A stretch of 64,000 bases of DNA from the human T2T-CHM13v2.0 reference genome, Homo sapiens. Shown here piece by piece: positions 31,430 through 44,985 of this stretch; within the stretch, counting starts at the first letter, position 1; each line of letters opens with the position of its first letter. The position numbers were made by a program, and so were the translations under genes. The notes under the pieces were generated by a model, which saw only the letters and a list, made by a program, of their open reading frames with translations, searched no databases and was not told the DNA's origin. The stretch lies in NCBI RefSeq assembly GCF_009914755.1, contig NC_060938.1, one strand, 5' to 3'.

Positions 31430-34400
31430 ATATGTGGTTAATTTTTAAATTGGTCACAATTACTCTATTTAATCAGGACAAGTACCGTCAGCCAGATTTA
31501 TACATTCAGAGAAACTCAAAATTAACAGTTCACTTGAACTTATTAGGATGTTATATTAGCTGGCGATTTCCTCTTTTGATTGGTTACTTTTATGGAGAGA
31601 TATTTATGGTTTTAATAAGATTTCCCTCCCATCTGTTTTGATCCTACCGTAAAATCATCCCATGTTTGATGGGCAGCCGGTTGTTAGGGAAATTATTGGG
31701 ACATGATGACAAATGTGGTATTTAAATTTTACCACAGGACTAAGCAGGAGGAAGATGAGGTTTAAGAGAAGCCTTGGCTAAGAGGATAGTGCCTAGGTGT
31801 AATTGGCAAACCCAATGAGAACAGTTACGAAAGTTGTGTATTGTGGGTGGTCAGAAGCAAGGTGGGTACCTAACACATGCTGGATCACTGTTAGAGTTGC
31901 CTAGCAACTGACAGGCAATGCGGATAGTCAGGGATGAGCAGAAATGTTGGTGCTGCCACTTCGGGAGAAAACGAGACAAGTGCTTGACTGCAAAATCACT
32001 GGCTTTTTGAGGAAACATAAAAGACATTCTCTCTCCTCTGCTTTTCAATATTACTATGCAGTACTCCTTCTCTAATGTCTGTTGCTTTGATTCTGAAACA
32101 AATCATCTCTTTTTGTTCTCCTTTGTCTGAGTATTTTGGTGAAAATAAAATTGGATTACACAAGAAAATACTTACAGATGTCATTGGGTAGACTTGCTTG
32201 CCTGGCCCTGTGGCTCTAAGATATTGGGATTAGCTGGTATGCTTCATGTGCTTTGTTACAAATGATGGTTATCAGTACTAACGCCTACAAGTGACTTCCT
32301 TTATACGATAGAGATGACTCAAGGTCATATTACTACCCTCACCTGCCTACATCTGGTACAAGCAGAGTGAAGACAGAGCATACCCCTTTCTGTACTCATA
32401 TGAGAAAGTCTTGTGAGCATCATCACTGATGGAAAAAAGCTTGAGACCCCTGACTTAGTGCCTCTAGACCCTTTGTACACTGGCATTGCTAGTCACTAAG
32501 TGCACATCTGGCTTGAGATGAGGAGGTGCTACCTGGAATTTCCCACCAGGGACTGGCCTCCAAAGAAAGCCTCTCACAAGTAATATAGCAAATACTTGTA
32601 TGGTGCTTACTATATGCTGGCCAAGCGCTTTTTTATACTAGCTCATTTAATCACCCAAATTGGGAGCTAGGTACTGCTACTATCCCCATTTTAGAGATAT
32701 GAAAACTAAAGCATAGAGAGCTTAAATAGCATGCCCCCAAGTGACCCAGCTGGGAAGCAGGAAGAGCTAGGATTTAGACCCAGATAGTCTGATGTGACTG
32801 TTTCTTGTTTATGTGCCAGGTGCTATTCTAAGTTTTAGTTATAGATGATGGACAAGACAGGTGTGGTCCCTGCTCTCATGAACTTGCCTTCTAATTGATG
32901 TAGACCTATCGTCTCTCTGCTTTGGGATTGGCACAGAAACATTATTGCAGGAGAGTCAGCAGGATGGTGACAGGCTGAGAGAAGGAAGGGAGGAAGTAGG
33001 TTGCCTATAAGGTTGTGAGCACAGCTCTCTAGGAGAGTTAAACATGCTGTTAGGCTTTCTGGAGCTGATCAACAGCCCCAAGGAGGCTGCCCCTCCAGCT
33101 ATCTCAGGTCTTAGTGGAAACCTTCCTTGTGCTATGCAGCACCAATGCTTCAGGCTCCAAAAAGACAAGAATCATTCCCAGGACACTGTGTACTATGGGA
33201 CTCAGGAAAACAAAGGTAAGGCACCAGCCTTCACACACTTTATAAAGGAATCATCTTCAGAGAGCTTTTCAAGGTCTCCCAGGACCTTGACCAAATGCTG
33301 ACCATATATTGGACTATTCAGTCTTACTGGCCATGTGAACAGTCCATCTGCTCTGCAGCCACACTCTTAAGACATTTGTTTCTGCTTTCTAGGCCCATTT
33401 CCCCATCTGTAAAACCAGGGGTTGGGCTAAATCAGTGGATTTTATGCTGTGTTCCTTGGAGCCCTGTGGGCTCTGGAAACCCCTTTCAGAAGCCACCACA
33501 ACAGTGGGCAGAGAGAGATGAGTGCAAGTAATTCACCCAGAGATACTCGCCCTTGTTTGCTTAAAATGTTTCCTTTGAACAAAGGGTTCTCGAGGTTTAA
33601 AAAAAAAATTTTTTTAAATCATTATAATAGATCATCTCCCAAGGCCCATTCTAACAACCATATCATAGTTCTGTTAAAAGCATTAACCATTTCCAAACCT
33701 CACCTTTGTGAGGTGCATTAAAATTTACTAAGCACTTGCACCTAGATTATTTCATTCATTCCTCATTATAGCCCAGTGTAATGAGCAGATGGTGTTAAGT
33801 CCTTATTATAAGTGAAGAAATTGGTGACCTAAGTACTAACCACAAGGTAACAGAGCTAGCCAAAAGCAAACTCATATCTTACAAGTCTGTTGCTCTTTTC
33901 AAGTCCTTGTATTTATTGCCTTTCCACTATAGGAGATAGACTAAAACATTGGAACATTTCATTAGAAAATAAAACAGTAAGCAGTTTTTGGTTGTCACAT
34001 GGGTTACTATTAAATATATACTCAAATTATTTGGTATAGTATTCTAAATACCAATTTTGACCTGAAATTTGAAAAGCACTTTTTTTATCCTTGGCAGTAA
34101 TTTTTGTCATTTTGGATTATTGATGTGATGACTTCTAAAGTCCTTGTAATTCCATCTGTGGGATCAAGAATAGATGGATCCTTTTAAAGACTAGGTCAAC
34201 AGGTAGGCTGGACTATGCCATCGGGCACCAAGGCCTCCATTTAGAGTCCAACATGGCTATGAAAGACTGCTTGTCGGGGGAGGGTCATGATAGGCCTGTG
34301 ACTGAGGAACAAAGTGAGGTTGCAAGTAGATTTGTCCAAATCTATTTGGTGGTTTGTCAGACTTTACACTTGCAAAACCCCACACCCAAGTGTCTAATCT

Positions 34401-34586
34401 TCTTTAGTGTTTTGCTCTTATCTGCTTGAAAACATGCATCATAATCATTTTCATTTTTCTTTTCTTGCTGGCTTTTCTTTGTTAATACACTGTATCTGTA
34501 AGACCTGATAGCCACCCTGGAAACACAGCTGATGTGTTGCATCCTCTTAGTAGTTAATCTCCCAAGATTCTTCAACATCTGCAGAA

Positions 34587-35178
<592 letters not shown>

Positions 35179-35491
35179 TCCTCTTCCTCTTTATTATTCA
35201 CCAATATTTTCATTCCACCCTTTTTTGGCTTTCAAAATTAGTCATTGTCATTATTACTTTACAGTCACTTCTTGTTTACAGTTACCCATAAGTTTACTCA
35301 TTTCTTTGTTCTTTTTCTTCCCGGTAGCCCTGTCCTTTCAAACAAATTCAGTTTTATTCCTGAACTGTATCTTTTATAGTTATTTCACTGATGCCTTCTT
35401 ACTGGCAATAAGCTCTTATTTGTTTTTCTAAAACTCCCTTTATTTTTGCCCTCATTTTTGAGTGATAATTTAACTGAATTTAAAATTCTTT

Positions 35492-35782
35492 GGCCGGACG
35501 CGGTGGCTCACACTGCCCATACCTGTAATCCCAGCACTTTAGGAAGCCAAGGCCGGTGGATCAGTTGAGACCAGGAGTTCAAGACCAGCCTGGGCAACAT
35601 GGTGAAACCCTGTCTCTACTAAAAATATAAAAATTAGCTGGGCATGGTAGCTCACACCTGTAATCCCAGCTACTCAGGTGGCTGAGGCATGAAAATCGCT
35701 TGAACCCAGGAAGCAGAGGTGGCAGTGAGCTGAGATCGCTCCACTGCACTCCAACCTGGGTAATAGAGCAAGACCCTGTCTC
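35492..35782 (+). mobile_element. Alu (sense)
   Basis: ggccggacgcggtggctcac start, tail degenerate. Confidence 0.88.
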
Positions 35783-35820
35783 GGGGCGGGAAACTGGGAC
35801 AAAGTAACTGCCAACTAAGA

Positions 35821-36090
35821 TTTTTTTTTTTCCTTTTAAGGCAGAGTTTTGCTCTGCCACCCAGGCTTGGTTCACTGTAACCTCCACTTCTCGGGCTCAA
35901 GTCATCCTTCCACCTCAGCCTCCCAAGTAGCTGGGACAGGTATGCACCACCACACCTGGCTAATTTTTTATTTTTTTTTAGAGATGGGGTCTCACTATGT
36001 TGCTGTTCTCACACTCCTGAGTTCAAGCAATCCTTCCACCTCAGCCTCCCAAAATACTGGGATTACAGGCGTGAACCACCATGCCTGGTC
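35821..36090 (-). mobile_element. Alu, AluJ-like
   Basis: Antisense Alu with small deletions. Confidence 0.85.
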
Positions 36091-36905
36091 TTCCTCTAAG
36101 TTCCTTAAATATTTTTTTCCATTGGCTTTTGAGCTCAGTTGTTGGTATTGAGAAGTTGCCATCTAATTGTTGCTCCTTGTGGAAAAGCTGTCTCATCTCT
36201 GGCTGTTTTTAAGATTTTCTTTATATTTGGTATTCTTCAGTTTAGCTACGATGGATAAATAGGTATGGATTTATTTTTATTTAGTCTCAGCAGGGTTTGT
36301 TGTATTTCTTCACTCTAAAGAACTGATTTTTCAACAGTTCGGTAAAATTATTGGCTATTATCATTAAGCATATTGACTCACCCTCTCTCACTTCCTTCTT
36401 GCAACTCTTATGAGATGCTTGTCGGACCCTCTCATTCTATCTTCAGTTTCTTACTTTGCACCTCTTTGCCTCTGAGTTGCATTCTACCTAATTTCTTTAG
36501 ATCTTTCTTCTGTTTCATTAGTTTTGTTTTCAGCTGTGACTCATGGTATTTAATTCATCAGTAGAGTTTTTAATTCTAGTGACTGTATTTTACTTTTGGA
36601 CCTTCTTGGATACCATATGTTTCATGGTTTAGAGTTCAGCCCAGAGTCACGCTGCCTGAGTTCGAATTCTTACTCTACCACCTAGTACCTGTTGAAATCT
36701 TGGGCAAATGACTTCCATTTTCTCATCTGTTAAGTAAGTATAGTAATAGAATAGGTATCTAATAGTTAAGAATGAAAATAAATAGAATATATAAAGGTAT
36801 TAAAACAACATTTGGCAGTTAATAGATGCTGCATATTAGCTGCCATTATTAGCAAATTTGTTTTATGCTTGTTTCATTATTTCTTTTGTATGTTGTTTAC
36901 TTTGA

Positions 36906-37202
<297 letters not shown>

Positions 37203-38566
37203 CAAATCATTTTAAGTATACTTATTTTTAACTCGACATCTAATTGGTCAATCATCTGAAGTTCCTGGAGGTCTAATTATATTTTCTGTTGTCTTGCTCA
37301 TGATGGATTTGGATTATTTTCCCTTTTATTTTAAAATTTGTGTCTTCACTGAAGCTTTAACTATAAAAATTATCTGTGACTTGAGTGGACAAACCTCTGT
37401 ACCTCCAGATAGATTTTGTTGCTGCTGGTCTCTTCAAGAACCTGGAACCAATGTCTATGTTAATATCTTGACATAAGGTAGGGGCAGATACCTAGCATTC
37501 CAATATTTGAGAGATCAGGTGGAAGAAAAGGAGTGACCAGAGAGGTTGAAAGCAGAAAGGAAGCCACAAAGTGTAGCAGAAAACAAGGAAGAATAATTAC
37601 AGTAATGTTTCAATTATGCCAGGGGATAAGAGGCACTGATGGTAGAAGTCTCATGCTACAGAGAGATTAAGATGAGAGTAAAGAAGTTTCCATTGGATAT
37701 GGCAGTGTGGAGTGACTTTAAGTGGTTTCAGGATAGTGGTTTGGGGAAAAGTCTTATTGAAAGCACATAATAGATTGAAGGGTAAGTGTGGTTCTCTGCA
37801 GTATTGTACTGGAAGTTATAGCCAGTGCAATAAGGCAAAAAAATAAAAGACATAAAGTTTATTAAGGAAGAAGTAAAACTATATTTGCAGAAGATATGAC
37901 TGTGCATTTGTAAAACCCCAAGGAGTTTAAACATGATTTCAAGATTCACTATAAAAGCAGGGTAAGACTGTGATATCAGCATAACAATAGATAAATTGAT
38001 GAACAGAACAGAACAGAGTCCAGAAATAGACACATATATCATCAACCATTTTTGACAAAGGCACCAATGTAATTCAGTGGATGAAGGATGTTCTTTTCAA
38101 TAAATATTGCTAAAGCAATTGGATATTGATGCAGGAAAAAAAAACCTTAGCCTATCTTAGGACATAGACAAAATTAACTTCAGATGTATCATATGCCTAA
38201 GTGAGAACGCTAAAGCTATAAAGCCTAGAACAAGAATACCCTACAACCTTGAAGTAGGCAAGATTTAGTACATAAGACATAAAATGCACTTGCAAGAAAA
38301 GATTTACACATGTTTGGACTTCAGAATATTTTAAAACTTTATTTTGTCAAAAGACACCATTTTGGGATGGATGAAAAGGTTTTTCTGAGTAAGACCTCAC
38401 ACCCAGAAGCTATAAAGTCAAAAACTGCACCTTGGATAACTTCCTTCCTCGCCCCAAAATGGAAGAAAACAAGCAAAAATTACCTTCTGAACTATAAAGG
38501 TTTTCATAAACAAAGTTATAACTGGGCAAACATTTGCAACATAATTGTAATATATGAAAAGCACTG

Positions 38567-39031
38567 TGTGGTGGGCAGAATAATGGCCACCCAAAGATGT
38601 CTTTGTGTAAAATCCTCAGGGGCTGTGACTGTTAAATTATCTGGCAAAGGGGAATTAAGGCAGCAGGTGGGATTAGGTTTGCTAATCAACTGACCTTAAA
38701 ATGGGGTGGTTATTGGGGGAGGGCCCAGTATAATCACAAAGATACTTAAAAGTGGAAGAGGGACAAGTCGAGAGAGAGAGCACTGCATGAAAAAGGACTC
38801 AGCTAACCTCACTGGCCTTGAAGATGAAGGAACAGAGACATTCCAAGGGGAATGCAGACAGCCTCTAGAACTAGAAAAGGCAAGGAAATGAATTCTTCCT
38901 GAGGGCCTCTGGAAGAAACACAATCCTCCTAAAACTTTAATTTTACTTTACTTTGTGTAAGATAATGAATCTTTGTTTTAAGTCATTAAATTTGTGGCAT
39001 TTTGTTAGAGCAGCAGCAGGAAACTAATGGG
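38567..39031 (+). mobile_element. MLT1D-like solo LTR
   Basis: tgtggtgggcagaataatggcc...ccaaagatgtc start, ...gcagcaggaaactaat end. TSD cactg. Confidence 0.8.
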
Positions 39032-39110
39032 CACTGCATATCAAGAGAAAAAAACAGTATCATAGTTTAAAAATTGATACTTCACGGAGGTAAACATCAG
39101 CGTTCAGTAG

Positions 39111-41829
39111 TGATATGGGCTGGCTGTATCCCCACCCAAATCTCATCTTGAATTGTAGCACCCATAATCCCCACATGTTGTGGAAGGGACCTGGTGGGAG
39201 GTAATTCAGTCATGGGGGTGGGTTTTCCTGTGCTGTTCTCATGATAGTGAATATGTCTCATGAGATCTGATGGTTTTTATAAAGAGCAGTTTCTCTGCAC
39301 ACACACTCCTGCCTGCCACCATGTAAGGCATGCCTTTGCTCCTCCTTCGCCTGCTGCCATGATTGTGAAGCATCCCCAGCCATGTGGAACTGTGAGTCCA
39401 TTAAACCTCCTTTCCTTTATAAATTACCCAGTCTTGGGTATGTCTTTATTAGCAGTGAGAGAACAGACTGTTATAGTAAATTGCTACCGGTAGAGTGGGG
39501 TGCTGTTATAAGGATACCCAAAAATGTGGAAGTGACTTTGGAACTGGGTAACAGGCAGAGGTTGGAACAGTTTGGAGGGCTCAGAAGAAGACAGGAAAAT
39601 GTGGGAAAGTGGGAACTTCCTAGAGACTTGGAGGGCTCAGAAGACAGGAAGATGTGGGAAAGTTTGGAACTTCCTAAAAACTTGTTGAATGGCTTTGACC
39701 AAAATGCTGACAGTGATATGGACAATGAAGTCTAGGCTAACATGTTCCCAGATGGAGATGAGAAACTTGTTGGGAACTGGGGCATAGGGGACTCTTCCTA
39801 TGTTTTATCAAGGAGACTGGTGGCATTTTGCCCCTGCCATAGAGATCTGTGGAACTTTAAACTTGAGAAAGATAATATAGGGTATCTGGCAGAAGAAATT
39901 TCTAAGCAGCAAAGTGTTTGAGGTGATTTTGGGTGCTCTTAAAGGCATACAGTTTTATTCATTCATAGAGATACTCTTTGGAGTTGGAACTTATGTTTAA
40001 AAGGGAAGCAGAGCATAAAAGTTGGAAAATCTGCAACCTGACAATGCAATAGAAAAGAAAAACCCATGTTCTGAGGACTACAGAAATTTGCATAAGTAAT
40101 GAGGAGCCAAATGTTAATTGCCAAGACAATGGGGAAAATGTCTGCAGGGCATGTCAGAAGTCTTCACGGCAGACCCTCCCATCACATGCCTGGAAGCCTA
40201 GGAGGAAATGGCTTTGTGGGCCAGGCCCAGGCCCTTGCCGCTTTGTGCAGTCTTGGGACTTGGTGCCCTGCATCCCAGGCATGGCTAAAAGGTGCCAACA
40301 TACAGCTCAGGCCATTGCTTCAGAGGGTGCAAGCCCCAAGCCTTGGTGGCTTACACATTGTGTTGGGCCTGTAGGTACACATAAGTTAAGAATTGAGGTT
40401 TGGGAACCTCTACTTACATTTCAAAGGATGTATGGAAAAGCCTGGATGTCCAGGCAAAAGTTTGCTGCAGGGATGGAGCCTCATGTCATTAAGTGTTTAT
40501 GGCTTTTCCAGGCACATGGTGCAAGCTGTCAGTGAATCTACAATTCTGCAATCTTGAAGGATTCTGGCCCTTCTCACAGCTCCAGTAGGCAGTGCCCTAG
40601 TGGGGACTCTGTGTGGGGCCTCCGACCCCATAATTCCCTTCCACACTGCCATAGCAAAGGTTCTCCATGAGGGCCTCGTCCCTGGAGCAAACTTTTGCCT
40701 GGACATCCAGGCGTTTCTATACATCCTCTGAAATGTAGGTAGAGTTTCCCAAACCTCAATTCTTAACTTCTGTGTACCCGCAAGGCCATTGCTTCAGAGG
40801 TGTGCTGCAGGGGTGGAGCCCTCATGGAGAACCTCTGCTAGGGCAGTGCAGAAGAGAAATATGGGGTAGGAACCCCCACACAGAGTCCCTACTGGGGCAC
40901 TGCCTAGTGGAGCTGTGAGAAGAGGGCCACCATCCTCCAGACCCCAAAATGGTAGATCCACTGACAGCTTGCATGGTGGGCCTGGAAAAGCTGCAGACAC
41001 TCAATGCCGGCCCCTGAAAGCAGCCAAGAAGGGGGGCTATGCCCTGCAAAGCTACAGGGGCAGAGCCTGTCCAAGGTCATGGAAGCCTACCTCTTGGATC
41101 AGCGTGACCTGGATGTGAGACATGGAGTCAAAGGAGATCATTTCGGAGCTTTAAGATTTGACTGCCCTGACAGATTTTGGACTTGCATGGGGCCTGTAGC
41201 CCCTTTGTTTTGGCCAATTTCTCCCATTTAGAATGGCTGTGTTTACCCAATGCCTGTACCCACATTGTATTTAGGAAGTAACTGACTTGCTGTTGATTTT
41301 ACAGGGTCATAGGCAGAAGGGACGTACTGTGTCTCAGATGAGTCTTCAGACTGTAGACTTTTGAATTAATGCCGAAATGAGTTAAGACTTTGGGAGGCTG
41401 TTGGGAAGGCATGATTGGTTTTGAAATGTGAGAACATGAGATTTGGGAGGGGTAAGGGGTAGAATGATATGGTTTGGCTCTGTGTCCTCACCCAAATGTC
41501 ATCTTGAACTGTAGCTTCCATAATTCCCATGTGTCATGGGAGGGACCTGGTGGGAGGTAATTGAATCATGGGAGTGGGTTTTCCCAAGCAGTTCTCTTGA
41601 TAGTGAATAGGTCTCACGAGATCTGATGGTTTTATAAAGGGCAGTTCCCTGCACACGCTCTCTTGCCTGCCGCCATGTAAGATGTGCCTTTGCTCCTCCT
41701 TTGCCTTCTGCTATGATCGTGAGGCCTCCCCCGCCATGTGCAACTGTGAGCCCATTAAACATCCTTTCCTTTGTAAATTATCCAGCCTCGGGTATGTCTT
41801 TATTAGCAGCATGAGAACAGACTGATACA
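39111..41829 (+). mobile_element. Full-length THE1 MaLR element: 5' LTR 39111-39475, internal 39476-41464, 3' LTR 41465-41829
   Basis: Two direct THE1 LTRs (tgatatgg...ccacccaaatctcatcttgaa), purine tract before the 3' LTR, 5-bp TSD agtag (39106-39110 / 41830-41834). Confidence 0.92.
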
Positions 41830-41851
41830 AGTAGATACAGTTAAAAATACT

Positions 41852-42227
41852 TGATATGGTTTGGCTGTGTCCCCACCCAAATCTCATTTTGAATTGTAGC
41901 TCCCATAATTCCCACATGTTGTGAGGGAGACACAGTGGGAGATAATTAAATCTTAGGGGCAGTTTCCCCCATACTGTTCTCATGGTACTGAATAAGTCTC
42001 AGGAGATCTGATGGTTTTATAAGAGGAAACCTCTTTTACTTGGCTCTCATTTTCTCTGTTTGCCTGCTACCACCTTTGTAAGAAGTGACTTGTTCCCCCT
42101 TGCCTTCTGCCATGATTGTGAAGCCTCCCTAGCCATGTGGAACTGTGAGTCCATTAAACCTCTTTCCTTTATAAATTACCCAGTCTTGGGTATGTCTTTA
42201 TTAGCTGCGTGAGAACAGACTAATACA
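41852..42227 (+). mobile_element. Independent THE1 solo LTR
   Basis: tgatatggtttggctgtgtcccc...agactaataca with its own TSD atact (41847-41851 / 42228-42232). Confidence 0.92.
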
Positions 42228-43719
42228 ATACTTAATATCATTAGTAATCAGAGAAGTCAAATATAAATTAGATATATTTTGCCTATTAGACTTGTAAAAC
42301 TTTTAATAGATACTATCCACCCAGTGTTCTCAAGAGTCTAAGAAAAGAATACTTCTATACAATGTTGCTAATAATCTAAATAGGATAGATGCTTGAGACA
42401 GAAATTGGACAGAATTTATCAAAATTAAAGATTATGTTCCTGTGTATACCTGTATACAACTTGAATCTTTTACAGTGAGAATATCTTTACATATCACTTG
42501 TGAAATGTCTTTTCAATCCATAAAACAGAGCCTAAGAGTAATACACGAAAACCTACAGAGAATGCAAAATGGAAGGAAACCTACGATGTCTGTGTTTGTG
42601 GCACACACACTGCCGTGGAGTTTTAGGAAAGGGCAACAGCAGCATTGGCTGGAGTCATGGTTTCCCCTCCACGTCAGTACAGCTGCTTGGTCTCCATCTT
42701 CTCCAGCACACAGTTAACATTCTGTTTTATTGCAGCTGTCTGTGAACATGTCTGTCCCCTCATCCCTGGTCCTCTAGAAGTGCAGTGGCCAAAGCCTCAG
42801 TCTGTACATTGTCTCATTGTCTCTGTACTCTTTGTGCTGCTGCTGCTGCCTAGACTGTTAAGTAATTAATGATGAAAAAGAAATATTTTATCAGTGGACG
42901 TATGTTCCCATAACAGCAGTCACCCTTGGGGACTTGTACATCTTCTTAAAAAAAACTTAAAAGTGAATCTAATCAGCCACTCTAATTGGTGTTCAAGCAG
43001 GGATTGGTGATGGCAACTGTTCCCATTACCAAAGTTCAGGTTTTGAAAGATGCTTGGAGCAGGGCTTGGCCCAGAGGTCATCTTCATAGCTCCCCACTTC
43101 CTTTCTTAGGCAGTTGTTTCCCCCATGTGTTACCATGAACATCCAACAAGTACTCCACTCCCCAGTGGTAAACCTCCAGTGAAACTCAGAGATTTTACCT
43201 TAGGATGAGACTACATCACTGGAGGGGAACACTCTAGTTCATGTGAGCATGGGTGTCTCTCATCATTGTAGACTCTAGCCTGGAAAGGGATTTTTGGTCT
43301 CATAGGCTGACAGCCCTCATTCTGGATATAGGAACCTAAAGCCCAGGGAGGAGAGGAGTGGCTTAAGGAGTCACAGCTAATGGGGAAGCTGAGACATAAA
43401 CTGCTCCTGATTCAGGGTCCAGGGCTCTTTTCTCAGCATGTGCCTGCCTGCCTTCTCCATGTGCCTAACATGCCATTCCTGTGCTCTCCTGAGATTTCCT
43501 GTACGAATTTTTTGTCATACGTTTTCAAGTTTACTCTTAAAAATTTAATCTTTGGGACAGAATGTTCATATTGGGGACTCAGGTCAAACCTGTAATAAGC
43601 AGTCACACCTCACAAGCTGTGGCAGGGTATTCTGCCACCATTTGCACTCCTTGTAGGCAAGGGGACAATAAACTGCCAAATGAGCAACATATCATTAGTC
43701 AGCTTAGCTGTGGTGGCTT

Positions 43720-44105
43720 GGTGCCTCATTCAGCTCAGACTGCTATACAGAGCAGCTTATAAATATATTTCATAGTTCTAGAGAATGGAAGTTCAATGTC
43801 AGTGTGCCAGCATGGCCAGGTACCGGTGAGGGCCTTCTTCTGGGCTGCAGCCTGCTGACTTCTCACTGTGTCCTCACAAGGTAGAAAGAGGGCAAGGCAG
43901 CTTTCTGGGGTCTCCTTTATAAGGGCACCAGTCTCATTCATGAGGACCCCCTCCTCATGACATAATTAACCCAAAGCCCCTGCTCCTGACACCATCACAT
44001 TGGGGGTTAGGATTTCAACATATGAATTCTGGAGGACACAAACACATTGGGGGTTAGGATTTCAACATATGAATTCTGGGGGACACAAACATTCAGTTCC
44101 TAACA
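43720..44105 (-). mobile_element. MLT1A-like LTR with a 47-bp internal tandem duplication (43996-44089)
   Basis: catagttctagagaatggaagttc...catcacattgggggttaggatttcaacatatgaattctgg, repeated twice. Confidence 0.75.
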
Positions 44106-44109
44106 CTCG

Positions 44110-44985
44110 GTAATGGTCAACTTGTCTACCCTCAACCACAATTTCCAGAATTCCCTTTCTTGTATGTTTCCAATTAGGTGGGCCCCAAGGGAGATTCTTA
44201 TATTTGGAGAGCAAATGTGAGACAGCAGCCTTTTTTTTTCTTTTTTTTTTTTGAGATGGAGTTGTTTCGCTCTTATTGCCCAGGCTGGAGTGCAATGGCT
44301 CCATCTTGCCCCACAGCAACCTCCTCCTCCTGGGTTCAAGCGATTCTCCTGCCTCAGCCTCCTGAGTAGTTGGGATTACAGGTATGTGCCACCACGCCTG
44401 GCTAATTTTGTATTTTTAGTGGAGACAGGGTTTCTCCATGTTGGTAAGACTGGTCTCGAACTCTCGACCTCAGATGATCCGCTGCCTTGGCCTCCCAAAG
44501 TGCTGGGATTACAGGTGTGAGCCACTGTGCCCAGCCGAGACAGCAGCCATTTTTATAACTCATGCGTTGTCACTGTGTCCAGCAGAAGCTGGACCTCACA
44601 CCCTCCCAAGTCCTCCTTCAGCTTTTCTAACTCCTGGCCCTCACCAGGTATGTATTTTTTCTGTGATGAAGGCCCTGTCTTCTGCAAGACATCCACACCT
44701 CCAGTGCCAGAGGCACAAAAACCACATGGGTTTCCATCCTCACAGTCTTCAGTCCCTGCCTGTGGCTCCAGCTAGTTATTCTCCACTTTATGCCTGTCCT
44801 CCTCTGGCTTCTGCCTGCTCTGTAGACTTCTAGCTCCAGCATCAGGACAAAGATAACACCCTTATAAAGACTTTAACCAGCTCCTACAATTACATGATAA
44901 TAAATTCCTTTAAGAAATACACACACACACACATATGTATACAATTTCCTAGTTATGTTTCTGTGATTGAACCCTGACTGATACA
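44110..44985 (+). mobile_element. MLT2-family LTR interrupted by an Alu
   Basis: atggtcaacttg...start, aataaattcc-(CA)n-...gaaccctgactgataca end. Confidence 0.6.
44231..44536 (-). mobile_element. Alu, AluS-like
   Basis: TSD gagacagcagcc. Confidence 0.9.

Larger units (their letters stand above)
37790..42450 (+). mobile_element. Ancient L1M ORF2 remnant acting as host for MLT1D and THE1 insertions
   Basis: L1 ORF2-like text (agccagtgcaataaggcaa, agaacagagtccagaaatagac, tttgacaaaggcaccaa). It reads through when the inserts are removed (...cagtag|atacagttaaaaatact|taatatcattagtaatcagagaa). Confidence 0.65.

Noticed and set aside
39572-39685. ~55-bp tandem duplication near the start of THE1-int
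   Set aside because: I recall this as a feature of some THE1-int consensus sequences rather than locus-specific. This needs a Dfam check.
39111-42227. LTR-int-LTR-LTR read as one tandem provirus
   Set aside because: Separate TSDs (agtag and atact) show two independent insertions.
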